A DNA stretch of 45,386 nt from Lachnospiraceae bacterium (GTDB lineage: Bacteria > Bacillota > Clostridia > Lachnospirales > Lachnospiraceae): NCBI GenBank assembly GCA_017401005.1, contig JAFPRD010000090.1, positions 1 to 45,386 on the forward strand, in the 5' to 3' direction. The notes under the pieces were generated by a model. It was not told the DNA's origin, did not search any database, and was given only the letters and a program-made list of their open reading frames with translations. Positions 17,937 through 26,943 of this stretch are shown here, in pieces (the stretch's first letter is position 1; each line of letters starts with the position of its first letter). A program made the position numbers and the translations under genes.

Positions 17937-18938
17937 ATGCGTTGGATGAGATATAGGATTAAAACAAAAACAGAGGCTGAAGATATTATTATCTCCACTC
18001 TGTACGACATAGGCCTTGAAGGGGCACAGATTGAGGACAAGATACCCCTTACTCCTCTTGAAAAAGAGCAGATGTTCGTCGACATTTTGCCGGATAGCCA
18101 GGATGATGACGGAGTGGCATACCTGAACTTTTTCGTAGAGCTTGAAGAAAACGGAAAAGTATTGGTAGAGGGTGAGGAAACCGCTCCCGAAGAGCTAAAG
18201 GACAGGATTCAGGCAGAGCTTGATGAACTTAAAGAGTTCAATCTTGATATAGGGGAAGGCTCAATCGAGCTTGAAAGTACCGAGGATATTGACTGGATCA
18301 ACAACTGGAAGCAGTATTTCCATCACTTTTACATTGATGATATTTTAGTCATTCCCTCCTGGGAAGAGATTCCGGAGGAAGACAAGGCGAAGATGGTTCT
18401 TCACATCGACCCCGGAACAGCTTTCGGTACGGGAATGCACGAAACTACCCAGCTGTGTATACGTCAGATAAGAAAGTATGTTACACCCGAGACTGAGCTT
18501 TTAGACGTGGGTACCGGAAGCGGCATTCTCGGAATCCTTTCTCTTATGATGGGCGCAAAGCACGTAGTGGGAACGGATCTTGACCCTTGCGCAGTGCCCG
18601 CCGTAGCCGACAATTTAAAGAATAATGGAGTCGATGAGAAGGGCTTTGATCTTGTGATCGGAAATATTATTACCGAAAAAGAGATTCAGGATAAGGCGGG
18701 ATATGAAAAGTATGATATCGTAGTGGCAAATATTTTGGCGGACGTACTTGTTCCTCTTACCCCTGTTATAGTCAGTCAGATGAAAAAGGGTGCCGTATAT
18801 ATCACATCCGGAATTCTTAATGACAATGATAAAGAGTTTAGGGTAAAGAAAGCCTGCACCGAAGCAGGACTTGAGGTCGTAGAGACTACTTACCAGGGTG
18901 AGTGGTGCTCTGTGACAGCAAGAAAGCCGGAGAATTAA
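17937..18938 (+). CDS. prmA: Ribosomal protein L11 methyltransferase
   Basis: DWINNWKQYF, IDPGTAFGTGMHETT, LDVGTGSGIL, VVANILA. Confidence 0.95.
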   Translation: MRWMRYRIKTKTEAEDIIISTLYDIGLEGAQIEDKIPLTPLEKEQMFVDILPDSQDDDGVAYLNFFVELEENGKVLVEGEETAPEELKDRIQAELDELKEFNLDIGEGSIELESTEDIDWINNWKQYFHHFYIDDILVIPSWEEIPEEDKAKMVLHIDPGTAFGTGMHETTQLCIRQIRKYVTPETELLDVGTGSGILGILSLMMGAKHVVGTDLDPCAVPAVADNLKNNGVDEKGFDLVIGNIITEKEIQDKAGYEKYDIVVANILADVLVPLTPVIVSQMKKGAVYITSGILNDNDKEFRVKKACTEAGLEVVETTYQGEWCSVTARKPEN

Positions 18939-18993
18939 GAAATCGAAAACAACATATATTGGGAATAAAACTAATGTATACCGGGAGGTAACT

Positions 18994-19899
18994 ATGGGAG
19001 ATCAGCTTTTTACCAACACGCACATCATTTCGTGGCTTCAGTATTTTTCGGAGAACACAGATCTTGATCTGGAGCATGTTAAGCTTCTTGATATTACCAA
19101 GAAGAACAAAAACATCATTCCGACTGTAGAAGCGCACAGATGCTGCCTTGTTTTTACGGAAGCGGGACACAAAGACATCTTTTATCGCATGTACAATGCC
19201 GGACTTGGCGACTGTACCGTTATCTACAACGAGGGAAGCGAACCCGCAGGGGAGATTAAAAAGAGCAAGCTTTCCGAGATGATCGATCGTGGTATAAATG
19301 CTTCTGCGGGTATGCTTATCTTAAATCCCAATGCAAGAAGCACATACAAGTTCGGAATGGACAATTCCGTATTTACTCCCGGATCGGTTAAGTACGTCGG
19401 CTCCGAGATAAGAGCGATAATCCTCTCGAAGATGCAGATTGAAGAAGGGAAGAATATTTGCGTTATCTCCGGAGAGTCTATAGTTGTTGAGGCGGGAATT
19501 CTTAACGGTGACGGAACTATTGTTGCTGTTGAGTACAATTCAAATGACCGCAGTGCTCTGGAGGATAATGTCGACAGATTCGGCCTTCATAATGTGAAAA
19601 TCGTCGATCATGTGGATGAGGAAAACTTTAAGGGGCTGCCCGTTCCCGATGTGACCATGCTTGTGGCCAGTGCCAGCATGGAGCAGGAGATGGAATATAT
19701 GCTTTCCATAAACCCTGAAATGGAGTTCGTTATCTATACTCTGGACTTTGTAACGGCAGCGTCAATGCCTGCCCTTTGCTCGAAGTTTGGAATGGCAGAT
19801 CCTGAGATCATACAGATTTCCGTGTCAAAGCTCGGAAGAAAAAACAATTTTGAGAATCAGCCCGCGCCCTGGATCATAACCTGTCGCGGCGGTAAATAG
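18994..19899 (+). CDS. Degenerate precorrin-6B methylase (CbiE/CbiT)-like protein
   Basis: GSEIRAIILSKMQI resembles the CbiT start, with IVAVEY and NVDRFGLHNVKIV downstream; the glycine-rich SAM motif is reduced to VISGES. Confidence 0.6.
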   Translation: MGDQLFTNTHIISWLQYFSENTDLDLEHVKLLDITKKNKNIIPTVEAHRCCLVFTEAGHKDIFYRMYNAGLGDCTVIYNEGSEPAGEIKKSKLSEMIDRGINASAGMLILNPNARSTYKFGMDNSVFTPGSVKYVGSEIRAIILSKMQIEEGKNICVISGESIVVEAGILNGDGTIVAVEYNSNDRSALEDNVDRFGLHNVKIVDHVDEENFKGLPVPDVTMLVASASMEQEMEYMLSINPEMEFVIYTLDFVTAASMPALCSKFGMADPEIIQISVSKLGRKNNFENQPAPWIITCRGGK

Positions 19900-19904
19900 T
19901 AAAA

Positions 19905-20663
19905 ATGTATCAGTTTTTTGTGGAAGAGTCCCAAATAAATATTGAGACCAAGAGGGTTTTTATTGAAGGCCCTGATGTAAATCATATCAAGAATGTCCTT
20001 CGTATGAAGCCCGGTGAGGAAGTAAATATATCAAACGGCTCGGACGGTAAAGAATACAGATGTGCGATCCTTGATATGAATGATTCTGTGGTTAATCTTG
20101 AACTTCGATTTATCAAAGAGGATGGTAATGAACTTCCTGTGGATGTAACTCTCTACCAGGGACTTCCCAAAGCGGATAAAATGGAGCTTATCATCCAAAA
20201 ATGTGTGGAGCTCGGCGTAAGGCGTATTGTTCCGGTCGCTATGAAGCGCTGTGTTGTTAAGCTCGAGGAAAAGAAGGCTTCCTCTAAGATATCAAGGTGG
20301 CAATCCATCGCAGAAGCAGCGGCTAAGCAAAGTAAGAGAGGCATTATCCCCGAGATAGGGCAGGTTATGTCTTTCGGAGAAGCTCTTTCCGAGGCGGAAA
20401 AGTGCGATGTAAGGCTTCTTCCCTACGAGATGGCGGATGCTGATGCTATGGACAAAACAAGAGCCGTTTTTGAGGGGCTTAAGAGCGGCAGTAAAGTAGC
20501 TGTGTTTATCGGCCCCGAAGGCGGGTTCGATGAAAGCGAGATTGAAAAAGCAAAGAATACCGGTATGGAGATAATCACCCTCGGTAAGAGAATCCTTCGA
20601 ACCGAGACGGCCGGTATGATGGTGATGAGCTTTATTGTATTTGCCACAGAGGGCCGGGAATAA
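19905..20663 (+). CDS. rsmE: 16S rRNA m3U1498 methyltransferase
   Basis: HIKNVLRMK, KMELIIQKCVELGV, IGPEGGF, LGKRILRTETA. Confidence 0.95.
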   Translation: MYQFFVEESQINIETKRVFIEGPDVNHIKNVLRMKPGEEVNISNGSDGKEYRCAILDMNDSVVNLELRFIKEDGNELPVDVTLYQGLPKADKMELIIQKCVELGVRRIVPVAMKRCVVKLEEKKASSKISRWQSIAEAAAKQSKRGIIPEIGQVMSFGEALSEAEKCDVRLLPYEMADADAMDKTRAVFEGLKSGSKVAVFIGPEGGFDESEIEKAKNTGMEIITLGKRILRTETAGMMVMSFIVFATEGRE

Positions 20664-20685
20664 TTAATAAAGAGTAAGGTTTGAT

Positions 20686-21249
20686 ATGTCTAAACAAAGT
20701 TGGAAACCCGGAAATATGCTATATCCGGTGCCCCCGGTAATGGTCAGCTGTAAGTCCGGAGAAGAAAAAGCAAATATTGTAACGGTAGCCTGGGCGGGAA
20801 CGGTTTGTTCCGAGCCGCCGATGGTATCAATATCTGTAAGACCTTCGAGGTATTCGCACCACCTTATCGCAGAAAGCGGAGAGTTTGTGCTGAACCTTGT
20901 TACGGAGGACCTCGTAAGAGCCTGCGATTGGTGCGGCGTAAAATCCGGAAAAGATTTTGACAAGTTTAAAGAGATGAATCTGACGGAGTATATCTCCGAA
21001 TATATGAAAACACCTGCGATTTCCGAGAGCCCGGTTAACATTTACTGCAAGGTAGAGAATGCTTTAAATCTCGGATCGCATGATATGTTTATAGGCAGGG
21101 TAATGGGAGTAACGGTGGATGAAGCCTTTATGGATGCAAAGGGACGATTTGCACTAGAGAAAACCCGCCTTGTTGCCTATTCCCACGGAGAATACTATTC
21201 TCTGGGAAAATACTTAGGCAAATTCGGATATTCGGTTAAGAAAAAGTAA
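20686..21249 (+). CDS. Flavin reductase family protein
   Basis: LYPVPPVMVS, TVAWAG, GVKSGKDFDKF, GSHDMFIG. Confidence 0.85.
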   Translation: MSKQSWKPGNMLYPVPPVMVSCKSGEEKANIVTVAWAGTVCSEPPMVSISVRPSRYSHHLIAESGEFVLNLVTEDLVRACDWCGVKSGKDFDKFKEMNLTEYISEYMKTPAISESPVNIYCKVENALNLGSHDMFIGRVMGVTVDEAFMDAKGRFALEKTRLVAYSHGEYYSLGKYLGKFGYSVKKK

Positions 21250-21283
21250 GATAATCTACAGACAGAAATTGTAAGGAAAGAAA

Positions 21284-22453
21284 ATGGAAATATATTTAGA
21301 TAATTCCGCGACCACAAAGGTTTATCCTGAGGTCGCGCAATTTATGACAAAAGTAATGTGCGAGGATTACGGTAATCCCTCGAGCATGCATACCAAAGGA
21401 TTAGAGGCTGAAAAGTATATAAAAGAATCCAAGGACATTTTCTCGAAGATTCTTAAATGTGAGCCTAAAAATATATATTTTACATCGGGTGGAACAGAAT
21501 CGGACAACCTGGCTATCATTGGAAGCGCACAGGCGTACAAAAGGCGAGGCAAACATCTTATCACCACTGCGATTGAGCATCCGGCGGTCACCAATACATT
21601 TAAGTATCTTGAGGGTGAAGGCTTTGAAGTAACGTACCTCCCTGTAAACGAGCTTGGAGTTGTAAGTCCGGAGGACCTTAAGGCTGCCCTTCGTGACGAT
21701 ACTATCCTTGTTTCCGTAATGCATACCAATAACGAGATAGGAAGCCTTATGCCAATCGAGGAGATAGGGAAGGTCATCAAGGAAAAGAATCCCGAGATAA
21801 TCTTCCATGTTGATGCCGTGCAGGGATTTGGAAAAGCTCAGATTGTGCCTAAGAAGATGGGCATCGATCTTTTATCCGTCAGCAGCCATAAAATCCACGG
21901 TCCTAAGGGAATGGGACTGCTTTATGTCGGCGATAAAGTGCGCCTGATTCCCATAACATACGGAGGAGGACAGCAGGGCGGACTTAGAAACGGTACCGAA
22001 AATGTCCCCGGGATAGCCGGAATGGGTCTTGCTGCCAAAAAGATATATGAGACTCTTGACTCCGATATTGAAAGAATGTATGCGCTTAAAGAGATGCTTA
22101 TCCGCGGGGCGCTTGAGATGGGGAATGTAAAGGTAAACGGAGTAAATCACGATTTATCCGACATCAGAAAGACTGCCCCTCACATAGTAAGCCTCTCCTT
22201 TGAGGGAATCAGGGCAGAGGTCCTGCTCCATGCTTTAGAGGATAAGGGCATATATGTTTCTGCGGGAAGTGCCTGCTCAACCCATAAGCCCGAGCCCTCC
22301 GCAACGCTTAAAGCGATCGGACTTGAAAAGGAGCTTTTGGACTGTACACTTAGGTTTTCAATGTCTGAGCTTACGGACGAAGATGAAATAAAACAAACCC
22401 TTAAGTCACTTGAAGAGATATTGCCCTTCCTCAGAAGGTTTGTGAGAAAGTAA
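21284..22453 (+). CDS. Cysteine desulfurase (IscS/NifS family; likely the ThiI partner)
   Basis: IYLDNSATT, GNPSSMH, SSHKIHGPKG (PLP Lys), SAGSACS (catalytic Cys); directly upstream of thiI. Confidence 0.93.
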   Translation: MEIYLDNSATTKVYPEVAQFMTKVMCEDYGNPSSMHTKGLEAEKYIKESKDIFSKILKCEPKNIYFTSGGTESDNLAIIGSAQAYKRRGKHLITTAIEHPAVTNTFKYLEGEGFEVTYLPVNELGVVSPEDLKAALRDDTILVSVMHTNNEIGSLMPIEEIGKVIKEKNPEIIFHVDAVQGFGKAQIVPKKMGIDLLSVSSHKIHGPKGMGLLYVGDKVRLIPITYGGGQQGGLRNGTENVPGIAGMGLAAKKIYETLDSDIERMYALKEMLIRGALEMGNVKVNGVNHDLSDIRKTAPHIVSLSFEGIRAEVLLHALEDKGIYVSAGSACSTHKPEPSATLKAIGLEKELLDCTLRFSMSELTDEDEIKQTLKSLEEILPFLRRFVRK

Positions 22454-22514
22454 AAAGAATAAAAAACAAAATACGGTAAAGCTGCAAATGTGAGTCAGAC
22501 AGAGCCGTAGGAAT

Positions 22515-23873
22515 GTGAGAAATATAGTGAAAAAAGAATTATTTACAGATTTTTTAATTAAATATGCGGAAATCGGTATCAAGGGAAGAAACAGATTTAT
22601 GTTTGAGGATGCCCTTGTCGGAAGGATAAGATCAGCCCTTGAAAATGTGGACGGCTCTTTCAGGGTCTACAAGACTCCCGGAAGAATATTTGTGTCGGCA
22701 GAATCTGAATTCGATTTTGACGAAGCAGTAGATGCCCTTTCCCATGTATTCGGAATCGTGGGAATCTGTCCCGTTGTGAAGATTGAAAAGGACACCCCCG
22801 AGAGCCTTTATGCTGCGGTGGTCTCTTATATGAAGGAAATGTATGGGGAGAAGCTTTGCGCTAAGGGCGAAACCGGTGAAAGATCTGTAAAGATCCTGCA
22901 GGAAAAGGGATTATCGGCATCTTCTTCCGAAGATATCCTTTCGGATGATAATTTTGGAAAGATAAAATGGCAGGAAGAGCTTCCTTCCATCGACAGAAAA
23001 AAGGAAGATACCACATCCTTTAAGATTTTCGCGAGACGTGAAAGCAGAAACTTCCCTCTTGACTCAATGGAGCTTAACATCGAAGTCGGAGAAGCGGTTC
23101 TTAATGCGTTTACAGGACTTAAAGTAGATGTACATCATCCCGAAATGATAATCTACGTTGAGATAAGAGATAAGATCTATCTTTATTCAGAAATCCTTCC
23201 GGGACCGGGAGGAATGCCTGTTGGAACCGGCGGACATGCTATGCTCCTTCTTTCGGGAGGAATCGATTCGCCCGTTGCGGGATATATGATGGCAAAAAGA
23301 GGCGTTACGATCGATGCCGTGTATTTCCACGCACCTCCGTATACCTCTGAGAGGGCTCTTCAGAAGGTTGTCGATCTTGCGAAGATCATCTCAAAGTACA
23401 CGGGACCTATCAATATGCATGTGATCAATTTCACGGATATCCAGCTGGCTATCTATGAAAAATGTCCTCATGATGAGCTTACCATCATTATGCGAAGATA
23501 TATGATGAGAATCGCGGAGCATTTGGCCGAAAAGGCCGGAGCGCTTGCCCTTGTAACCGGAGAAAGCGTAGGGCAGGTGGCATCACAGACCCTTGCTTCT
23601 TTGGTATGCACAAATGAAGTCTGCAATCTCCCTGTGATAAGACCGCTTATTTGCTTTGACAAGCAGGATATAGTTGAGATTTCCGAGAAGATCGGAACAT
23701 ACGAAACTTCCATCCTTCCCTTTGAGGACTGCTGTACAATATTTGTTGCAAAGCATCCTGTAACCAAGCCGCTTCGTCATGTTATAGAAAAGCATGAGCA
23801 TAATCTTGATGAGGTAATAGACGGTCTCCTTGAAAAGGCTTATGAGACAGACAGGGTAATTGAGATCAGATAG
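22515..23873 (+). CDS. thiI: tRNA 4-thiouridine(8) synthase
   Basis: IKYAEIGIKGRNR, THUMP region, PP-loop SGGIDS, GESVGQVASQT, FEDCC; exact start uncertain (22515 or 22527). Confidence 0.93.
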   Translation: MRNIVKKELFTDFLIKYAEIGIKGRNRFMFEDALVGRIRSALENVDGSFRVYKTPGRIFVSAESEFDFDEAVDALSHVFGIVGICPVVKIEKDTPESLYAAVVSYMKEMYGEKLCAKGETGERSVKILQEKGLSASSSEDILSDDNFGKIKWQEELPSIDRKKEDTTSFKIFARRESRNFPLDSMELNIEVGEAVLNAFTGLKVDVHHPEMIIYVEIRDKIYLYSEILPGPGGMPVGTGGHAMLLLSGGIDSPVAGYMMAKRGVTIDAVYFHAPPYTSERALQKVVDLAKIISKYTGPINMHVINFTDIQLAIYEKCPHDELTIIMRRYMMRIAEHLAEKAGALALVTGESVGQVASQTLASLVCTNEVCNLPVIRPLICFDKQDIVEISEKIGTYETSILPFEDCCTIFVAKHPVTKPLRHVIEKHEHNLDEVIDGLLEKAYETDRVIEIR

Positions 23874-23943
23874 TTTGGAAAGCAGAAAAGAAGCGCCCCT
23901 GCTGAAGAAGCTTATCTGAGGAATCTCACGTGGGGGATTTCAC

Positions 23944-23973
23944 AAAAAAAGAGCATCTCGTTTGAGATGCTCT
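23944..23973 (-). terminator. Intrinsic terminator for the HPr-like gene
   Basis: AGAGCATCTC-GTTT-GAGATGCTCT with an A run on the left (U-tract on the minus strand). Confidence 0.8.
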
Positions 23974-24002
23974 GAATAAACTTTTTAAGAAGAAGTAAGG
24001 GC

Positions 24003-24233
24003 TTAAGCCTCATACTTCGCAAGTACTGCAAGTACTTCTTCAGCCCCGTCTTCGGTGTGGATGTTAAGGTCGATGGGCTTTGAAAGATCAAGTGAAAAGA
24101 TTCCCATGATTGACTTTGCATCGATTACGTATCTTCCGGATACAAGATCGAAATCATAGTCGAACTTGGTGATGTCGTTTACAAAACTCTTAACCTTGTC
24201 GATTGAATTAAGTGAAATCTTAATAGTCTTCAT
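24003..24233 (-). CDS. HPr-family protein lacking the His15 motif
   Basis: GRYVIDAKSIMGIFSL (Ser46 motif); RBS GGAGGT before the ATG at 24233; no GLHARP motif. Confidence 0.88.
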   Translation of the reverse strand: MKTIKISLNSIDKVKSFVNDITKFDYDFDLVSGRYVIDAKSIMGIFSLDLSKPIDLNIHTEDGAEEVLAVLAKYEA

Positions 24234-24277
24234 AACTATTTTTACCTCCATAAAAACCTTTTTTTTGCTACGAGTTC

Positions 24278-24306
24278 ATCTTAATTTAGAAACCGTTTTA
24301 TGTCAA
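24278..24306 (-). promoter_or_regulatory. SigmaA promoter of the HPr-like gene
   Basis: Minus strand TTGACA (24306-24301), 17 nt spacer, TAAGAT (24283-24278). Confidence 0.65.
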
Positions 24307-24350
24307 GGAAAAAAGATACAGAAAAAGGGACAAACTTTTTGGGAAAAACA

Positions 24351-25757
24351 ATGAAAAAAGTTGCATTTCACAATCTCGGCTGCAAGGTAAATTCTTATGA
24401 AATGGAAGTAATGCAGCAGATTATACAAAATAATGGATATGAAATTGTGCAATTTGCACAAAAAGCTGACGTGTATATTGTCAATACATGTACCGTAACT
24501 AATATTGCAGACAGAAAAAGCAGGCAGATGCTTCACAGGGCAAAACAGCTTAACCCGGATGCGGTAGTAGTAGCCGTTGGTTGCTATGCGCAGACGGGAG
24601 CTGCCGATCTTGAAAAGGATGCGTCTGTTGATATAATCGTAGGAAACAATCATAAAACCGAGATTGCAGACATACTTGATGAGTATTTTAAGAATAAAGA
24701 ATCTGTAACCGACGGTGAGAAGCTGGAAATCCTTTCTGACCTTACCGGACCATCCGAGTATGAGAATGCTACAATTAATGAGGGGGAGAGCAGAACAAGA
24801 GCAGATGTAAAGATCCAGGACGGTTGTAACCAGTTTTGCAGTTATTGTGCCATACCTCTTGCCAGAGGAAGAGTCAGAAGCCGCAGACCTGAAGACGTGA
24901 TAAATGAAATACTTACTCTTGCGGAAAATGGACACAAAGAAATCGTGTTGACAGGTATTCATATTTGCTCTTACGGAATAGATTTTGATGATGAAGCCTG
25001 GGCTAAAGGGGAGATAAAACCAAAAACGCGAGAAGGTGAAAACGGAGCTATTAAAGATTACAGAGGAGAAACAAAGCTGTTTGATCTTATCGAGATGATT
25101 GATAAAGCTGTCCCGGAGGATAAGATTTCAAGGATCAGACTCGGATCCCTCGAACCAAGGGTTATTACTCCCGAAAACGTAAAGAGGCTTGTAAGTATCC
25201 AAAGGGTATGCCCGCATTTCCATTTATCTCTTCAGAGCGGATGTGACGAGACTCTTAAAAGGATGAACCGTCACTATACGACATCGGAGTTTAAGGACGG
25301 CGTTGAGCTCCTTAGAAAGGCGTATGCCAAGGCCGGAAAAAGCGTAGCTGTAACAACCGATGTCATAGTCGGATTTCCGGGAGAGACTGAAGAAGAGTTC
25401 GAGATTACCCGCAAATTCCTTGAAGATATAAAGCTTTATGAAATGCATATCTTCAAATACTCAAGACGAAAGGGTACCGTTGCGGACAGATTACCCGGTC
25501 AGCTTACGGATGCGGTTAAAAGCAAAAGGAGCGATGTGCTTCTCGAAATGACCGCAAGGCATTCCGCGCAGTACAGAGCGCAGTACCTCGGAAAGCATAT
25601 AGAGATACTTGCCGAGGAGTATAAGAACGGTTATACAAGCGGCCACACATCCGATTATGTAAAGGTTAGTATTAAGGGAGATATCCCTGAGGGAAGTCTC
25701 GTACCGGTAAAGGCAATAAGCATCAGCGAATCCGGTGAGTTATCAGGGGAGAGATAA
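24351..25757 (+). CDS. mtaB: tRNA t6A37 methylthiotransferase (radical SAM)
   Basis: HNLGCKVNSYE, NTCTVT, VGCYAQ, IQDGCNQFCSYC, C-terminal TRAM-like region. Confidence 0.93.
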   Translation: MKKVAFHNLGCKVNSYEMEVMQQIIQNNGYEIVQFAQKADVYIVNTCTVTNIADRKSRQMLHRAKQLNPDAVVVAVGCYAQTGAADLEKDASVDIIVGNNHKTEIADILDEYFKNKESVTDGEKLEILSDLTGPSEYENATINEGESRTRADVKIQDGCNQFCSYCAIPLARGRVRSRRPEDVINEILTLAENGHKEIVLTGIHICSYGIDFDDEAWAKGEIKPKTREGENGAIKDYRGETKLFDLIEMIDKAVPEDKISRIRLGSLEPRVITPENVKRLVSIQRVCPHFHLSLQSGCDETLKRMNRHYTTSEFKDGVELLRKAYAKAGKSVAVTTDVIVGFPGETEEEFEITRKFLEDIKLYEMHIFKYSRRKGTVADRLPGQLTDAVKSKRSDVLLEMTARHSAQYRAQYLGKHIEILAEEYKNGYTSGHTSDYVKVSIKGDIPEGSLVPVKAISISESGELSGER

Positions 25758-25793
25758 GTGCGGATTTGAAGAATTTGTTAAGAAAATAAGAAT

Positions 25794-25822
25794 TTGCGCC
25801 TGCGTCAAATATATAGTACAAT
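25794..25822 (+). promoter_or_regulatory. Probable sigmaA promoter for the ireB block
   Basis: TTGCGC, 17 nt spacer, TACAAT; followed by hairpin TTGCGG-AAGGTG-CCGCAA (25847-25864). Confidence 0.55.
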
Positions 25823-25891
25823 ATCTTAATAGGCTAATATGGTATTTTGCGGAAGGTGCCGCAACTATTATAAACGGAAAGAGGTAGTAAC

Positions 25892-26158
25892 ATGGCTGAT
25901 TTGGGGAACACACAGTACTTTGAAGTTCAGACAGAGCCTCCTACAGGGGTGAAGGAAGTACTCGCACTTGTTTATGAGGCGTTACAGGAAAAGGGATATA
26001 ATCCCGTTAATCAGATTGTAGGATATATTATGAGCGGCGATCCTACATACGTTACCAGCTACAACAATGCCCGCAGCCTTATTATGAAGGTAGAGAGGGA
26101 TGAGCTTGTTGAGGAACTGCTTAACAGTTATATCAGAAATCGCGGTTGGGAGCAGTAA
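25892..26158 (+). CDS. ireB: IreB/ReoM family regulatory phosphoprotein (UPF0297)
   Basis: ALQEKGYNPVNQIVGYIMSGDPTYVT; NTQYF N-terminal Thr site. Confidence 0.92.
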   Translation: MADLGNTQYFEVQTEPPTGVKEVLALVYEALQEKGYNPVNQIVGYIMSGDPTYVTSYNNARSLIMKVERDELVEELLNSYIRNRGWEQ

Positions 26159-26161
26159 TAC

Positions 26162-26587
26162 ATGAGAATCATGGGGCTTGATTTCGGCTCGAAAACGGTT
26201 GGCGTCGCTTTGAGTGACCCTCTTCTTATCACCGCCCAGGCGCATGAAATAATCAGGCGGGAAAGAGAGAATAAGCTTCGCCAGACTTTGGCACGTATCG
26301 AAGAACTTTGCGAGGAGTTTGAGGTAGGCAGGATCGTTTTGGGGCTTCCTTTACATATGAACGGTGATGAAGGAGTAAGAGCGCAGCTTTCAATGGAATT
26401 TAAGGAAAGCCTTGAGAGAAGAACGGGACTTCCTGTGATCATGTATGATGAGAGGCTTACAACGGTAGAGGCGGACGAGATAATGAAAGAAGTCGGGATT
26501 CGCAGAGAAAACCGCAAGGAGTATGTTGATATGATCGCTGCGCAGATTATTTTGCAGGATTATCTTGACAATACTTCCGATAAATAA
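26162..26587 (+). CDS. ruvX: Holliday junction resolvase-like / pre-16S rRNA nuclease (YqgF family)
   Basis: MRIMGLDFGSKTVGVALSD, DERLTT, VDMIAAQIILQDYL. Confidence 0.93.
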   Translation: MRIMGLDFGSKTVGVALSDPLLITAQAHEIIRRERENKLRQTLARIEELCEEFEVGRIVLGLPLHMNGDEGVRAQLSMEFKESLERRTGLPVIMYDERLTTVEADEIMKEVGIRRENRKEYVDMIAAQIILQDYLDNTSDK

Positions 26588-26626
26588 TTGATTTAATCCC
26601 TTGCAGGGAGAAATAACAGGTAAACT

Positions 26627-26917
26627 ATGAGTGAAAATAAACTTGAAAAAGTAATATTCAATCCCGAAGGGGAAGATCCGGTAGAATTCTTCGTATTGGA
26701 GCAGACAAGGATCGGCGGGTACAATTACATCCTTGTAACCGATTTCGAAGAGGGAGACGGCGAGGCTCTTATTCTAAAGGATCTTTCCGAGGACGGCGAT
26801 AAAGAGAGCAGATACATCATCGTGTCGGATGATGCGGAGCTGGAGGCCGTCGCTTCGGTGTTTGAAGATATGCTTGAGGATGTGGATCTGATTTCCGGAG
26901 ACGAAGGAGAAGTCTGA
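26627..26917 (+). CDS. DUF1292 family acidic protein
   Basis: Small acidic protein in the conserved position after ruvX. Confidence 0.8.
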   Translation: MSENKLEKVIFNPEGEDPVEFFVLEQTRIGGYNYILVTDFEEGDGEALILKDLSEDGDKESRYIIVSDDAELEAVASVFEDMLEDVDLISGDEGEV

Positions 26918-26943
26918 TCCGTCCTAAGCCATAAGGAGGAAAT

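Noticed and set aside
23874-24002. Possible ncRNA (e.g. 6S RNA) between thiI and the HPr-like gene
   Set aside because: Only about 130 nt, largely explained by the terminator; remaining stems are short and no promoter is evident
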